From: Minisyncoccota bacterium
Lineage (GTDB): Bacteria; Patescibacteriota; Minisyncoccia; Phycocordibacterales; VMEP01
DNA length: 64,000 bases
Reading direction: 5' to 3'
NCBI GenBank assembly: GCA_041661305.1
Contig: JBAZUR010000001.1
Coordinates: 313,986 to 377,985, forward strand
This document shows positions 44,901-57,200 of this stretch, one piece after another. Both the position numbers and the translations under genes were made by a program. The notes beneath the pieces were generated by a model. That model had not been told where the DNA came from. It saw nothing but the letters and a program-made list of their open reading frames with translations, and searched no databases. Numbering within the stretch: position 1 is the stretch's first letter; each line of letters starts with the position of its first letter.

Positions 44901-45190
44901 GATAGTAAATTTTCAACTCTTCTCGCTCCCTCAAAACGCACTTCCCCGCTTTTCGCTTGCCTAAACAAATTTTCCCAATCTTGCACATACGCCGTGGAAG
45001 CTCTTGAAAATACTGGATTTCCTCTACCTGTCTGAAGAATTATAGAATTCGTTAGATTAGCCTCAAAACTTGGTTGAAGAGAAGCTTGAACTGTCGCGGC
45101 AGCAGACACAGCGACGGGTGAGGTAATAAAAATTAAAAACAAAAAACAATTAGTAATTAATTTTATTTTATTTTTAAAATTTATTTTCAT
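41915..45190 (-). CDS. secreted multi-domain LamG (Laminin_G_3) protein, paralog 3 (1091 aa) with extra N-terminal beta-rich region
   Basis: Signal peptide MKINFKNKIKLITNCFLFLIFITSPVAVSAA. C-terminal two LamG units about 85% identical at the DNA level to paralog 2. QLYNSGR end. Confidence 0.75.
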   Translation of the reverse strand: MKINFKNKIKLITNCFLFLIFITSPVAVSAAATVQASLQPSFEANLTNSIILQTGRGNPVFSRASTAYVQDWENLFRQAKSGEVRFEGARRVENLLSSTEDFSTSWTPVSLTVTANQTTSPIGTNTADLFTTSGVGGQRVVQNAGAVNGTAVTYSVWIKGGTATNAKLLIYDTSAGATRIGQQVTLSTSWQRFSVTATNLVSGNNHYFYIYIDENVANGAGATAYVWGAQAENVTGQSNQNPSDYVSKGVLSSPYHGANVDGVKYFDRQNGNTVLSNVVTANTGAKISTNTLRGYLAEGARTNLALYSEQFDNAAWSNNAEGLTVSVDNVVAPNGTMTAEKLVETADTTLHRRGQSIASSAGTLRRFSVYVKSAGRTKARGWSWAGGDTGQQTFNLSTVTATGNLNPTIQSVGNGWYRCSFDIPSSHSTSVVFGPVDDTHVSTDAYLGDGSSGIYVWGAQIESAPFESSYIPTTSASVARSGDLLAYPTSGNIGERAFSLYLEMNRKNNNGDSYPSKSPIQIGSYASNSMINFGGYSGTNLSLLVDFGTVWDVASNPFSITYNTPTKIALRLANNLTTFSSFKNGAKSADAVSGNAKTLNWAGSPSYIYIANSGTVDANQSINVKNVKIWPRALTDAQLTGMTKNTEYFSLQSIAPKTTIKTPPKSGLVGYWNFNDGAGAKAGDISGNGNTATLVGSPSWITGKLGKALNFNGSTNYATAGSSSSLNLSDTITISVWVKSPDWHPTASWRAIVDKSSYGIYVWPSSNILRFQLVLATTGIVTVDSGVLNTNQWYHVVGTYDKNAGANNFKIYVNGVLHDSSTQSNSIVAGNALNIGLYSGSYFNGIMDDLRIYNRALSVAEIQQLYKQNATQVNTSQNNFLTNGLVGLWSFNGKDVNWGTNKALDRSGNGNDGTLVGMSTSSSPVVGKIGQGLNLNGDSYVSISGSPANGSASVFAWVNPYFLGTCPGSSPNTCEIAMIAGNFLFEIGNGTVNIYGYLFNTPQWVSISNAGIKINTWMHLGFTYDQTTLRVYLDGVQIGTANVPGVMGSGGGFSIGGANNFRLFKGKIDDVRDYNRALSATEVKQLYNSGR

Positions 45191-45204
45191 GAATTTAAAA
45201 TATT

Positions 45205-48200
45205 TTAAATAGCCGGAGTACTTGTTGCAACCGTATCTGTTGTTGTCGCTGTTTCTGTTGTAGTTGGTGCGACTGTTTCCACTGGTGTTGTGGTTGTTGT
45301 ATCAACGACAGGAGTCGTCGTTGTATCTGTCGTTGTCGTGGTGGTCTCTGTAGTTGGTGCGGTGTAGGTCGCAGTTGGTTCAGTGAGAGCATTCACACTT
45401 CCAGAAATCGCATCAACAATCGCTCCGACAACCGACGAGCTTGAAGTTTGTGTTGCTGTTGTTGCTCCACCGACCAAACACTCCCCTGACGTTGTTTTTG
45501 GAAGACCGCCGGAGATTGTTAGACAGTATGGCGTTCCAAACTCTTCGTCGTACATTGTAATTCCAGAACGTCTCTCTGGTGAACCAACCTTGATTCCACC
45601 ACGCACCTCAATATTGTCAGCCAATAATTTACCGCTTGCGTCGATGCTCCATGTGCCGGAGGACGAAGTGATTGCGCTAACATTTTCAACAGCAAATCCG
45701 GCCATATCAAGAACTCCTTGTGACAAAACTCGACCAGATACTGAATCAACGGCAAGTGTCGCAGAAGTTGATGTCGCGCTTGTCAAAGCCCCATCAAGTC
45801 GTGTCCAACCAACTGAAACAGCGACAGCAACCGAGCCCTGATAAACAAACGTGCCATCAACATTCACCGAGGTCACGGTCGAAGTTGCCGACTGAGTTCC
45901 GTCAAACAAACCAAGTGCTATACCTATTGTCTGTGATGATGTTGTCGCCTTCATACCAACACCAGGAACTGAAGATAGTGTGATGCGATCGCCCGGCTTG
46001 ATTACACCGCCCTCAGTTGAAACCTTAACGACAGTCTTTCCAGAAAATACGACTGATGGTGAAGTGCTTGTACTCGAGAACGTTAGTCCGGCAACGTTCG
46101 CGATTCCAACTATTGATGTTGCGTTTGTCTTGTCTGCGCGAACCAAAACGGCGGATGTTGTTGTTGCACCCATCTCACTTGGCGGTTCGACCGCCAAGTT
46201 GGTGGCTTGGGTTGTTGTGGCGCTCATTGCGACGATATCACCGGCCTCAACATCACTTGAGGAAAGGTCGGCAAAATGTTCTGCGATTCCTGATTCTGCG
46301 AGAGCAACTTTATCTGACGAGATTGTGCGTGAACCAAATGAGTCACAGAAAGATGCGACACAGATGCTGTCTGAAATAATTGCCTTGGCGGAAATAATAT
46401 TTGCTTTAATATCGCCAGCAAAAGTTAATACCGGTGTGCTTGTTGCGGAAATTGAAAGGTAGATATTTTCAGTAGAGCTTGAAGAATTATCAGAAGAACT
46501 AGAAACTTCACCGATTGAGAAGGTGCCATTTCTTGATTCAACAAACCAATCTTTTGTTGTTGTTCCGACCCCAACATTTCCACCACTAATTGAGTCGATA
46601 ACAGAAGCTGTGTCGGTGAGAGTCAAACGAGGAGAAGGAGCTGAAATTGATAGTGCTGATTTTGGTGCCGATGTGCCGATTCCAACACGACCATCGCCTG
46701 TAATTGCAAACGAAGTGTTACCAACAGCGTCAAGTGCGACGAAAGTCATCGTTTCTCCAATTTTGGAGGTTGAGCCTCCAAAATTGTTTTGGACGGTGAG
46801 GCGGGCGGTTGCGGTTGGTGCGATTCCTATCGCGCCGGTTGTTGAGCCGGTTGTTGCGATGCCGATGCCAACGTTGCCACTGAATACGGCGTCCGCGCCG
46901 ACGTTCAAATCTTTTGCAACGTAAATATCTTCTGTGTTTATTTTTTTAACCTCCACCGTGTCGCCAACAAATTTTCCATTCTCATCAACAGACCACTTTC
47001 CGTCAACACCGAGGATACTAGAAACTTCTTTTATAGAGCTACCTTTCAAATTAAGAACTGTCGTTGTTGAAAGGGTTGTTGCGCCTGTCGTCTTATCTAT
47101 GACCCAAGCATTTGTTGCAATTGTTGAAGTTGCCAAAGCGAGAGATGCGCTAATCTGAGTATCAAAATCTTTCATTGAATCAACTTTTGAAGCCAAGGTT
47201 TGTACGCCAGAGAGTGTGAAAGTTGCAAGTTTATACAAATCAACACCTTTTCCATCTGGGGAAAGAATTTCAGGGGCAACAACTTGCGCATCTTCAGCGA
47301 TAAAACCAAGACGAAGCGGTTCACTATTTTCCTCTGCGTTGTAACGATATGTCGCAGTCTTCAAATTAATGAGTTGATTAAACATGTCTTCCGCTGAAGA
47401 AGCAGTCGTGTAAGAAATATCTTTTTTCGCAGTCTTTGTTGATGTGTTCACGAAAGCGGTAGCGCCAACGTCTCCTGCAACAGAAAGCGCGCGATTTGGC
47501 GTCGTCGTGCCGATGCCGACGTTGCCGTTTACATCAACGGTTAGCACAGATGTTGTCGTGGCACTTGAAATAAAACTTGTGCGGGTGTTGAGTTCTTTCA
47601 CACCCTGCAATGCTAAGGCTCCTAACTTGCTGTAACTCACACCCCAAGCACCGCTATCTGTATCTTTTAGATTAGGGTCATCGTTATCGCTTCCTTTAAT
47701 TACAACCTCTGGAAATATTGGATACAATTCTTGAGCTATAACCCCAATATCATGTTTACCTGTTCCTTTCCAATCAAATGCTACGGCACGATAATTATCT
47801 AAACGATTAAGAACGGACAAACTTTCTATGTTTTTCTTAAGGCGAACATCTGATCCCGACACCCAGTCAACACCCTGATCTGCCACATACGGCCCTGCGG
47901 TAAATGTGATTGCATTTCCCGCCGTTCCAGATGGTGCGGTCATAACTCTTACGCCTATACCACCACCAGCACCATATCTAATTTGTGAAGCCTTATCACT
48001 AACATCGTAAAGATAAGAATCTGTGGTATCTGTGGTGCGGAAGTTGTAACCCGTAGACCCGTAGTTACCACCAGAATTTCCTATAGCCACCACTCCAACA
48101 CGCAACCCCGAACCAGCAGACCCAGATGGAATATTCAAAGAGTAATTTGCTGATGGAGTTGTCCCGATGCCAGTTTTTCCGTTAGTATCAATGGTCATTT

Positions 48201-51200
48201 GGCGATTCCCACCGTTAGTAGCGAATGTAATTGACCCTTGTGAGCGTAGGCCAAACAGAGAACTGTCGGCGGTGCCGAATAGAGTGGCGCCATAACCAAC
48301 ATATCCTCGAGCCCCATTAGCTGTACTATCATAAAACGTAGTGTAAGCTCCTGTTGATACATTAGACTCGAAGCGAGCTGTTTCACTTGTACCAGAATAA
48401 ACGTTCAAAACTGCTGATGGTGTTGTGGTACCAATACCGACGTTGCCACCAGTTGCTATCGTTATCCCATTACCACTACTGCCGAAAGTAGTTGTCGTAA
48501 TTCTAATTTTCCCAGTTGCTGAATGAGTACCAATGTAAGCCGTACCACTGGTTCTCAAGTACATTCCTGTATCATTTCCAAAGGTGTTTACATCGCCAAC
48601 TATGAATGCAGCAGAATTAGACCCTGAGTGACTAATATGTAGAGGGCCCGCCGGATTCGCCAGCCCAATACCCACACCTCCACCGTTCGTCACAATGAAG
48701 TCTGTCTTTGTTGATGAACCAATGACAAATGCAGGGCCGGTGATACCGTTTGGATTTACAGAAAGTTGACCCCAAGGTGTTGATGTACCAACTCCAAAAT
48801 TTCCACCATTGAAATATGAGTTTCCACTATTGTTGATTAAAATATTTCCGTTTGATGAACTGATACCTCCATCATTCATATACATCGAACCGGTGCCTGT
48901 GCGGAGTGTTCCTTTCACCCACAAGTTTGAAGCGAAGGTCGAGGTGGCATTTGTACCCGTGCCGTTCACGTCGATGAAGCCAGCGAAGGTTGAGGTGGCT
49001 GTTCCGCTAACAGTGAGGTTACCTGCGTTTGATACTGAGAATAGAGTTGATGTTGCGTATGCGGATGTTGAACTTCCTATTGAGAACAGTGTTGTGTTTG
49101 TCTCTCCTGCGTTTGCGTGAATAGAAAGTTTTGCATATGGCGAGGTGGTGCCGATGCCAACCTTATCAGCATAATCAGCCAAGAAAGATTGAACTCCGTC
49201 GTTTTGCCAACCACCAGCTGTTGCGTTGACTGGAGCAATGAGGGCGCCGGTGAAGGTTGAATTATTACCGAGTGTATGGTCACCACCACATGTATTATTA
49301 ATAATAAGGCTAAAATAATCAGTTGTTCCATTAGCATCTGCAACCACACTAAGCGAAGGTACTCCCACCACATACGAACCGTTACCAAGAAGAGCTGAAC
49401 TTGTTAATCCACCTCCATTCTTTGTGATATATACAGTAACACCATTTCCCACAGTACAAGTTGCAAAGGTATCTGTTGTGAGGTTTACAGTTAAAATGTA
49501 CTTGCCTGCTACCGTCGGCGTGAACCGTTCAGTAGTGAGGTCGAAGTTATTGTTGGTGTCAAACCTCTCCGCATCAAACGTAACGGTAGTATTACCTCCT
49601 CCTGCAGTAATGACCTGACTCGTCCCATTCTTATACACACTGAACGAAGGCCCAGTCGTCGCTGTATTCATTCCTTGCCATGTTCCATTTAGATTTTTGA
49701 ATTCAAGAGTGCCGGCATTGTCACGAAGACCGTAACCACCTGTGCCTGTTGATGTGCCGAAGTTTAGATAACGGCTCGTTCCATTGAGAAGTGTGTCGCC
49801 GTAGACAGTTAATTTAGCCGATGGGGTGGTGGTGCCAAAACCAACGTTGCCAGTTGAGTCAATACGTATACGTTCTGTGCCAGAAATAGTTATTCCGATA
49901 GCATTTGCAGAAGGTCTAAAGAAACCAGTGGTGGTATCATTTCCGACCGTAAGTGTCGGAATACTAGCCGACCCTGAAATCTGAATGGTTAATTGCGTGG
50001 GGTTCACTCTAGCTACTTCGATGCCATTAGCAACTAACCCTACGGTGTTGCCTGCGACCCTCGCAATACCAGTGTTTGTTGAATCGGCAAATGCAATAGA
50101 AGGTGCCGCCGTACTTCCATCAGGTATTATTATTTGTCCACTCCCAATAGTAAGTGCTGCGGTTGGGTTACTTGTGCCAATTCCAACCTTACCCCCATTC
50201 GTCACGATAAATTTAGTAGCAGTTGACGAACCAATTACAAACGCTGGGCCAGTGATACCGTTTGGGTTTACAGAAAGTTGACCCCATGGCGTCGTTGTAC
50301 CGATGCCGAGATAACCGTTATCATCAAGCCGCATCTTCTCAGAGAGCGAGTACCCGTTCAATGTGGAGAAGGTTAATGCAGAGGTGGTGGCAGTACCGCC
50401 AGCGTTAGTGAAAATAGCGCTGATACGACCGATGTTGGTGGTAGTGGCTGAGGTGTTACCGGCGGCAAAGAGGAGGCTGGTACTGATGCCGTTGGCTCCT
50501 GGAGTGGTAGTTGCCCACCCACCGTGAGTAATGGTAAGCACATCAGCATTAGATGAGGTGTTGCTGTCGAAGGTGCCCGCATAGAGCGCCGGGGAGAGTA
50601 CGAGGGAGGTGGAGGTAGATTGCATAAACGTTCCCGAACCATTACTGAAAAGACCCCCTTGACCGAGATTCAAACCACCTCTGACATAGAGGTTGTTTCC
50701 TATATCCATATTATCCCAAACCGTAACCGATGATGACTGCAAATTCCCCGTAAGGACTGTTGGTATTTCTATACCTGCAAGATTAACTACCGTAAGACGA
50801 CTCGTACCATAAGCTGTCACGTACGCATAACGACCGGAAACATAAACTGCGGCAGCGGAAGATAAGTTTGTGCTGTCTTTTAATGAACCGACGACGAATG
50901 GGTTAGTTGGAGTTGAAATATCAACCACAGTTAGGCGGTTACTACCGCTTAGTGTAGTTACGTACGCATAGCTCCCAGAAACAAACATCGACTGGGGAGC
51001 AGATAAATTATCTGCGTCAAATACAGACCCGACAACAACAGGGGTTGATGGGTTAGAAACATCAACTATAGTAAGACGGCTTGTACCGTTTGCGCCAACA
51101 TAAACATACCTACCGGAAGCATAAACGGAGATTGCACTGCCTAAATTTACAGCATCATTTACAGACCCTACAACAATAGGGGTTGTGGGGTTAGATATAT

Positions 51201-54200
51201 CAACTACAGTTAGGCGACTACTACCAGCCGCCGCTACGTATGCGTAACGACCAGAAACAGACAGACCAATTGCAATACTTAAATTTGTGGCATCATTTAC
51301 AGACCCAATAACAACAGGATTTGTTGGGTTAGATATATCAACCACAGTTAAGCGGGCACCGCCAGACGACGTTACATATGCGTAACGACCAGATACAGAT
51401 ACGGCTCGAGGAGCGTTTAATTTAGTGTTGTCTTTTACAGACCCCACAACAACAGGGGTTGTGGGATTTGATATGTCAACCACTGCTAAACCATTATTAT
51501 CTTGTGCCCCTACATAAGCATATCGCCCAGATACAGAAATAGAACGAGGAGCGTTTAAATTAATACTGTCTTTTACAGACCCGACAACAACAGGGGTTGA
51601 TGGGTTTGTAACATCAACAACAGTAAGTCTATCTCCACTATCTGATGTAACATAAGCGTAACGGCCAGAAACAGAGAGAGCCATAGCCCCAGGGAGATTA
51701 GTAGTGTCTGCAACACTACCCTTAACTGTCATGTGAAAATCACGAATGGATCCGAATTCAATCGGCGAAGCAGCGGGACCAGATGAAGTGGCAAAACCGT
51801 TAAGAAATGACATTAATGGTCCAGTTGCAGTTGTAGAGGTTGATTGCACAATCGCAAACGCCGGTAAAGTAGAAGAAGCGGAGATAGATAGTTTTGCGTA
51901 TGGAGAAGTGGTACCAACGCCGACGTTGCCGGTGGAGAGTGTGGAGCCTGTTCCGGTGATTCCCGTACCAAATATTATGTTTCCGATGTTGAGTTGACCG
52001 GAAGCGGTGGCTGATGGAAGTGAAATGTTATTACCGATAAGTATGTTTTGGCTACCAGTGGTGAGGTTTGCAATTGCAGTGGAGGAAGTTGCTGTTCCTA
52101 TCCAAATATTATTGGAACCAGTGGTGACACCATAACCAGACTGATAGCCGAGGAAGGTGTTGTAGTCGGAGTTGTTGCCAGCAGAGTAGCCAGACTGGTA
52201 GCCGACATAGGTGCCTCCTTGGTTGTAGTAAGAAGAAGGACCTCGAGCTGCGGAATAACCAACTGCAGTGGAGGAAGTGGCTGAGGTATTGTTGAAGAGA
52301 GCGTTCATGCCATTTGCTGTATTGTTGGTGCCGGTGATGTTGTTGTAGAGGGCTTGCGTGCCATTTGCGGTGTTTTGATAACCTGTGGTGTTTAAATAGA
52401 GTGCCTGTACTCCGCTTGCGACATTGTTATAACCGGTGGTGTTAAAATAGAGAGAATTAACACCACTAGCGGTGTTGTTATAACCAGTAGTATTCGCTAC
52501 AAGAGCTGCTGTACCACTTACGGTGTTGTAATAACCAGTAGTGTTAGCTAAAAGAGAATTCATGCCGATTGCAGTGTTGTAATAGCCAGTGGTGTTGGCT
52601 GTAAGTGCTTTTCCACCGACTGCAGTATTGTTAACACCGGTGGTGTTGGCGTAAAGAGCTTGATAACCATTTGCGGTGTTGTAATAACCTACTGTATTTG
52701 CTGTAAGGGCGTTATACCCAACAGCTGTATTATATTGTGCCGTAGAAATTGTCGGTGTCGTTGCGAGAGCGCCTTGACCAACGGCGACAGAATACCAAGG
52801 TGTTGATGATGCGCTCATCCATCCTGCGGCACTTGATGCTCCGACGGCGAGGGCATTGTTGGTGGTGCTTGCATAAAGGACGGTATTTCCATCTTGCTTG
52901 TATCCGCCGAACTGATCGGTGTTGATGAACCCAGCGACGTCTAGTTTGTATGATGGAGTTGCGTCGCCGATGCCAATATTTCCTGTTGAAAGAGTCGAGC
53001 CTGTGCCGTTGAGATTAACACCATAAATTAAATTTCCAATATTGAGCTGATTTGAAGCTGTTGCTGATGCGACTGCGACATCATTACCGATAGAAATGTT
53101 GTTTGAACCTGTGGTGACTTGGTTGTATGAAGCGGAGATAGTTGAGTTACCAAGGAAGACATTCCTTGCACCAGTGGTGACACCGTAGCCGGAGTTATAA
53201 CCGACGAATGTGTTGTAGTCGGAGCCAGTGGCGGCGCTAAAGCCAGCTGAATAACCAAGATACACGCCACCTTGATTTGAGTAGGAAGCGTTGCCTTCTG
53301 CGGCCGAATATCCAATCGCTATGGAGGAGGTAGCGGAAGCGTTGTTGTGGAGAGCACTGCGACCGATGGCGATGTTAGTATTACCGGTGGTATTGGAGTA
53401 GAGGGCATTCGCACCAATAGCGGTGTTGGAGGCGCCGGTGGTGTTGGAGTAGAGAGCATTCAAGCCATTAGCTGTGTTGGAGGAACCGGTGGTGTTGAAG
53501 TAGAGGGTGCTCATACCGTTAGCAGTGTTGAAAGAGCCGGTGGTGTTGGAGTAAAGGGCATCCACACCGATGGCGGTGTTTTTCTTGCTGGTAGTGTTAG
53601 AAGTAAGGGCGTTATACCCAACAGCTGTATTGTATTGTGCTGTGGCATTAGTAGGTGTCGTTGCAAGGGCGCCTTGACCAACGGCGACAGAATACCAAGG
53701 TGTTGATGATGCGCTCATCCATGAAGATGCTGAGGATGCGCCGACAGCTAATGAAGTATTAGTCGTGCTTGCGTACAATACTGTGTTCCCATCTTGCTTG
53801 TATCCAGAATATTTATCGGTATTGATAAAGCCTGCGACATCAAGTTTGTATGAAGGAGAGGTTGTGCCAACTCCAACATTTCCAGTTGGAGTAATTTTTA
53901 ATCTTTCAGTACCAGCACCAGATGTTCCTGTATAAAAAGACATTCCTCCTGTTGCTGACCCTGAAGACTGTAGATAAAGTTCTCCGGCGTTTAATCCTAT
54001 TGTTGACTTATAACCACCGTTATCCCAAAGCATTAACTTCTCGCCAGCGCCAACAACGCTAGGCGCAGCTGGGGCGGCATATCCAGAATTATTAAAAGTA
54101 ATTAAGGTGCCAGGACTTGCGGCAGCTCCTGTGTTTGCTCCAAGTTTTATATTTCCTAATACATCTAACGCAACGCTTGGATTACTTGTTCCAATTCCAA

Positions 54201-57200
54201 CATATCCATTACTTGCGACATGGAATGCGGTTGATGTTCCCGCACCGCTTGTTGATGATGCGATTGTGAATAAAGGAGTTGAACCACCTGCTGTTGCTTG
54301 GACTGAGAGTTTTGCGTATGGTGAAGTGGTGCCGATGCCGAGGTTGGTGCCAGTGCTGAGGTACGTGCTCGCACCAGAGTTGGTGAAGAAGTTGGTACCG
54401 CTGGATGAGCCCACACATACGCCATTTACTGCGAAACATCCGGTAGCGAGGTTGATACCATAGCCAAATGTCGAAGTTGCCGTGTTTGAGATATTGATTG
54501 TATTCGCGCCGGTGTTGCCAAGAGAGAGGAGTGTTCCTGGAGTTGTGGTGCCGATGCCGACATTACCACCACTTAATACTGTTAGGTATGTTGTCTGTGT
54601 TCCACCACCAGTATGTGTTCCGTAATTTAATGTGCCTCCAGAATAACTAAACTGACCAGCACTACTTCCGTCGTGCCACAATTCAAACTGTGGATTTGAT
54701 GCATCAATAACACGAGTTTTACCAAATGCTGCAGTGTAGCTGTTGGCAAATGAGTTGACGCTTGTTTGGTTACGAATATTTCCACTCACATCCAATCTCG
54801 CACCTGGTGAATTTGTCCCTATTCCAACATTTCCACCAACAAACAAATTAGTTGTTGACGCTGTGGTTGAATAGAAGTTTGTTGTTGTTGCACTTGTTCC
54901 AGTTGCATTTACGAATGTGAAGTTTTGGAATGATACTGTGCCGGTTGCTGTGATGTTTGTTGCTGTGAGTGTGCCGGCAAAGTATCCTGAACCGTTTACA
55001 GAAAGCATAGCGAATGGAGAGGTGGTGCCGATACCAACATTTCCAGAATTGTTTATTACAAACAATGTTGATGAAGCGGAGTTAACCGCTTGGAATACGT
55101 TTTCTGCTGTTGTGGTTGCTGACCATACTGTTAGTTTTGCGTATGGTGTTGATGTACCAATGCCGACGCGAGTGTTTGCCATACTGCCTGTGCCGTCTGC
55201 TTGGCCGTAGATTGTGAGGACGGGGTCACCGTTTAGTTGAGCAACATATCCTTCAACTGTACCCTGTGCGACGTTTGAACTCACGAGCATATCTGTCCAT
55301 GTGACCAAACCTGCATCAGCATCAAAATTGGTTGCACCTAGATTAAGATTTGAAATTGAAGTTATTCCACTTGTATAGTCGTATGCAAAATCACCGTTGT
55401 TCACATTCAAACTTCCAGCAAACGTGGAGGTACTTGTGTTGGTGACAATAAGATTTGTGAGTGTTGTTGTGCCGGCAGATACTGTGCCTGTCGCCGTGAA
55501 GTTGCCCCCAATATATGTATCACCCGCTACAGATAGTTTTGCGAATGGTGAGGTTGTGCCGATGCCGACGTTGCCTGTATTATCAATTCTCATTCGCTCA
55601 ACATTTGTTGCTGAAGTACCAGTGTAGAAAAACATCCCACCAGTAGAGTTAAGAATGCGGTTATATACCGAGGTTCCATTGTAAGAGGTGAAGTCCATGC
55701 CACCAGCCCAATTGTTATCACTAGAAGAACCAAGGATTCTAATTCCAGAGACTGATTGTGCGAGGGTCCCACCAGAATTAGCAGTTAAAAGCCCGGTCAT
55801 ACTTCCTGTGCCGTGAACACTAAGTGTTGTTGCCGGACTCGTCGTGCCGATGCCGACGTTGCCGGTGCTTGTAATTCTCATCGCTTCTACAGCAGATGCG
55901 TTTCGGAATATATTGTTTCCCGCATCAAAGTAATTGTTGGAGGTATTATTATATCCGATGATTAAATTAGCGACTCCACTATTTAACACATATAATTTTG
56001 AATTAACTGGATCCGTCGTCCCAATACCAACGTTGCCTTCTACCATAAGACCGTTTGTTGGGGCAGCGATATTGTAATTTGCACCGATGGATGCGCCGCC
56101 CGAAACTGCGAGTTTACTTGCCGGACTCGTCGTCCCGATGCCGACGTTGCCCCCGTTCGGTTGCAACACCAAATCCCCTGACGCGTGTATATCCAAATCG
56201 TTTGCTCGCGTAGAGTGAGTCGAATTGTATCGAATAAGATAAGCGGGTGTCGCGGACTGTCCCGTATCCTCTCCAAATGTCAAAATACTCTGTGCGCCCG
56301 TGCCGGTGCTAATGTTCGCAATTTTTATTCCCGCGATACCATTCCGAGATCCCGATAAGACACTGTAAAACGCCTGAGACACTACCCCAGCATCAAGAGT
56401 AAGAAGAGCACTCGGACTCGTTGTACCAATACCAACATTGCCGTTAGCCATTATTCTCATCTTCTCTCCAATAGTGCCACCAGTATGAAATGCTAGGTCA
56501 TATGAACCTGCGGAGACGACAGACTGAACACGTCCAACGGTAGTACCACCAACTCCGCTAGTAAATGCAAGTGATGCACCGTCGGCCACCGAACCACCGT
56601 GACCAGCAGAGTTTATTCTAATGAAATCAACATTTGCTCCAGCACTTCGTGCTCCATAAACATCGAGTAGCGACGTCGGTGTCGTTGTTCCAATACCAAC
56701 GAAACCTGTTTCGGCAATACGTGCAACTTCAACAGCTCCTGGTTTAAAAATTATGTCGTTATTATTCGCCGCAGAATTCCCTGTTTGAATTGTAAGAGGA
56801 GAACTATCCTGACTTGCAAGATTTTGAATTGTCACCCCACCAGAAGCATTTAATGTTAGTTGATTGTTACTTAGAACGGTCAAAGATGCGCCGAAATTAA
56901 CGATTGAACCAGAGCTTCCAAGGTCTAATTTATTTGAAGGAGAAAGTGTCCCCAAACCAACGCGACCCGTTGAATAATCGACAACGAATGAGTTCGTATC
57001 AACTATCATTCCTCCTGCAAACGTACTCGTCGCAGTGGTTGAAGTAGCAAAGATAGCAGAGACTTGTGGAGTTGATGATGCGACAAGAGCACCTGAACCG
57101 TCGGTTGTGATGACCATGTGTTTACCTAAAGATGAGAATGTTGGTGATGTAGAAGAAAAAATATTTGTAGCATAAATATTTTGCCACCTCATTGTTGGGC

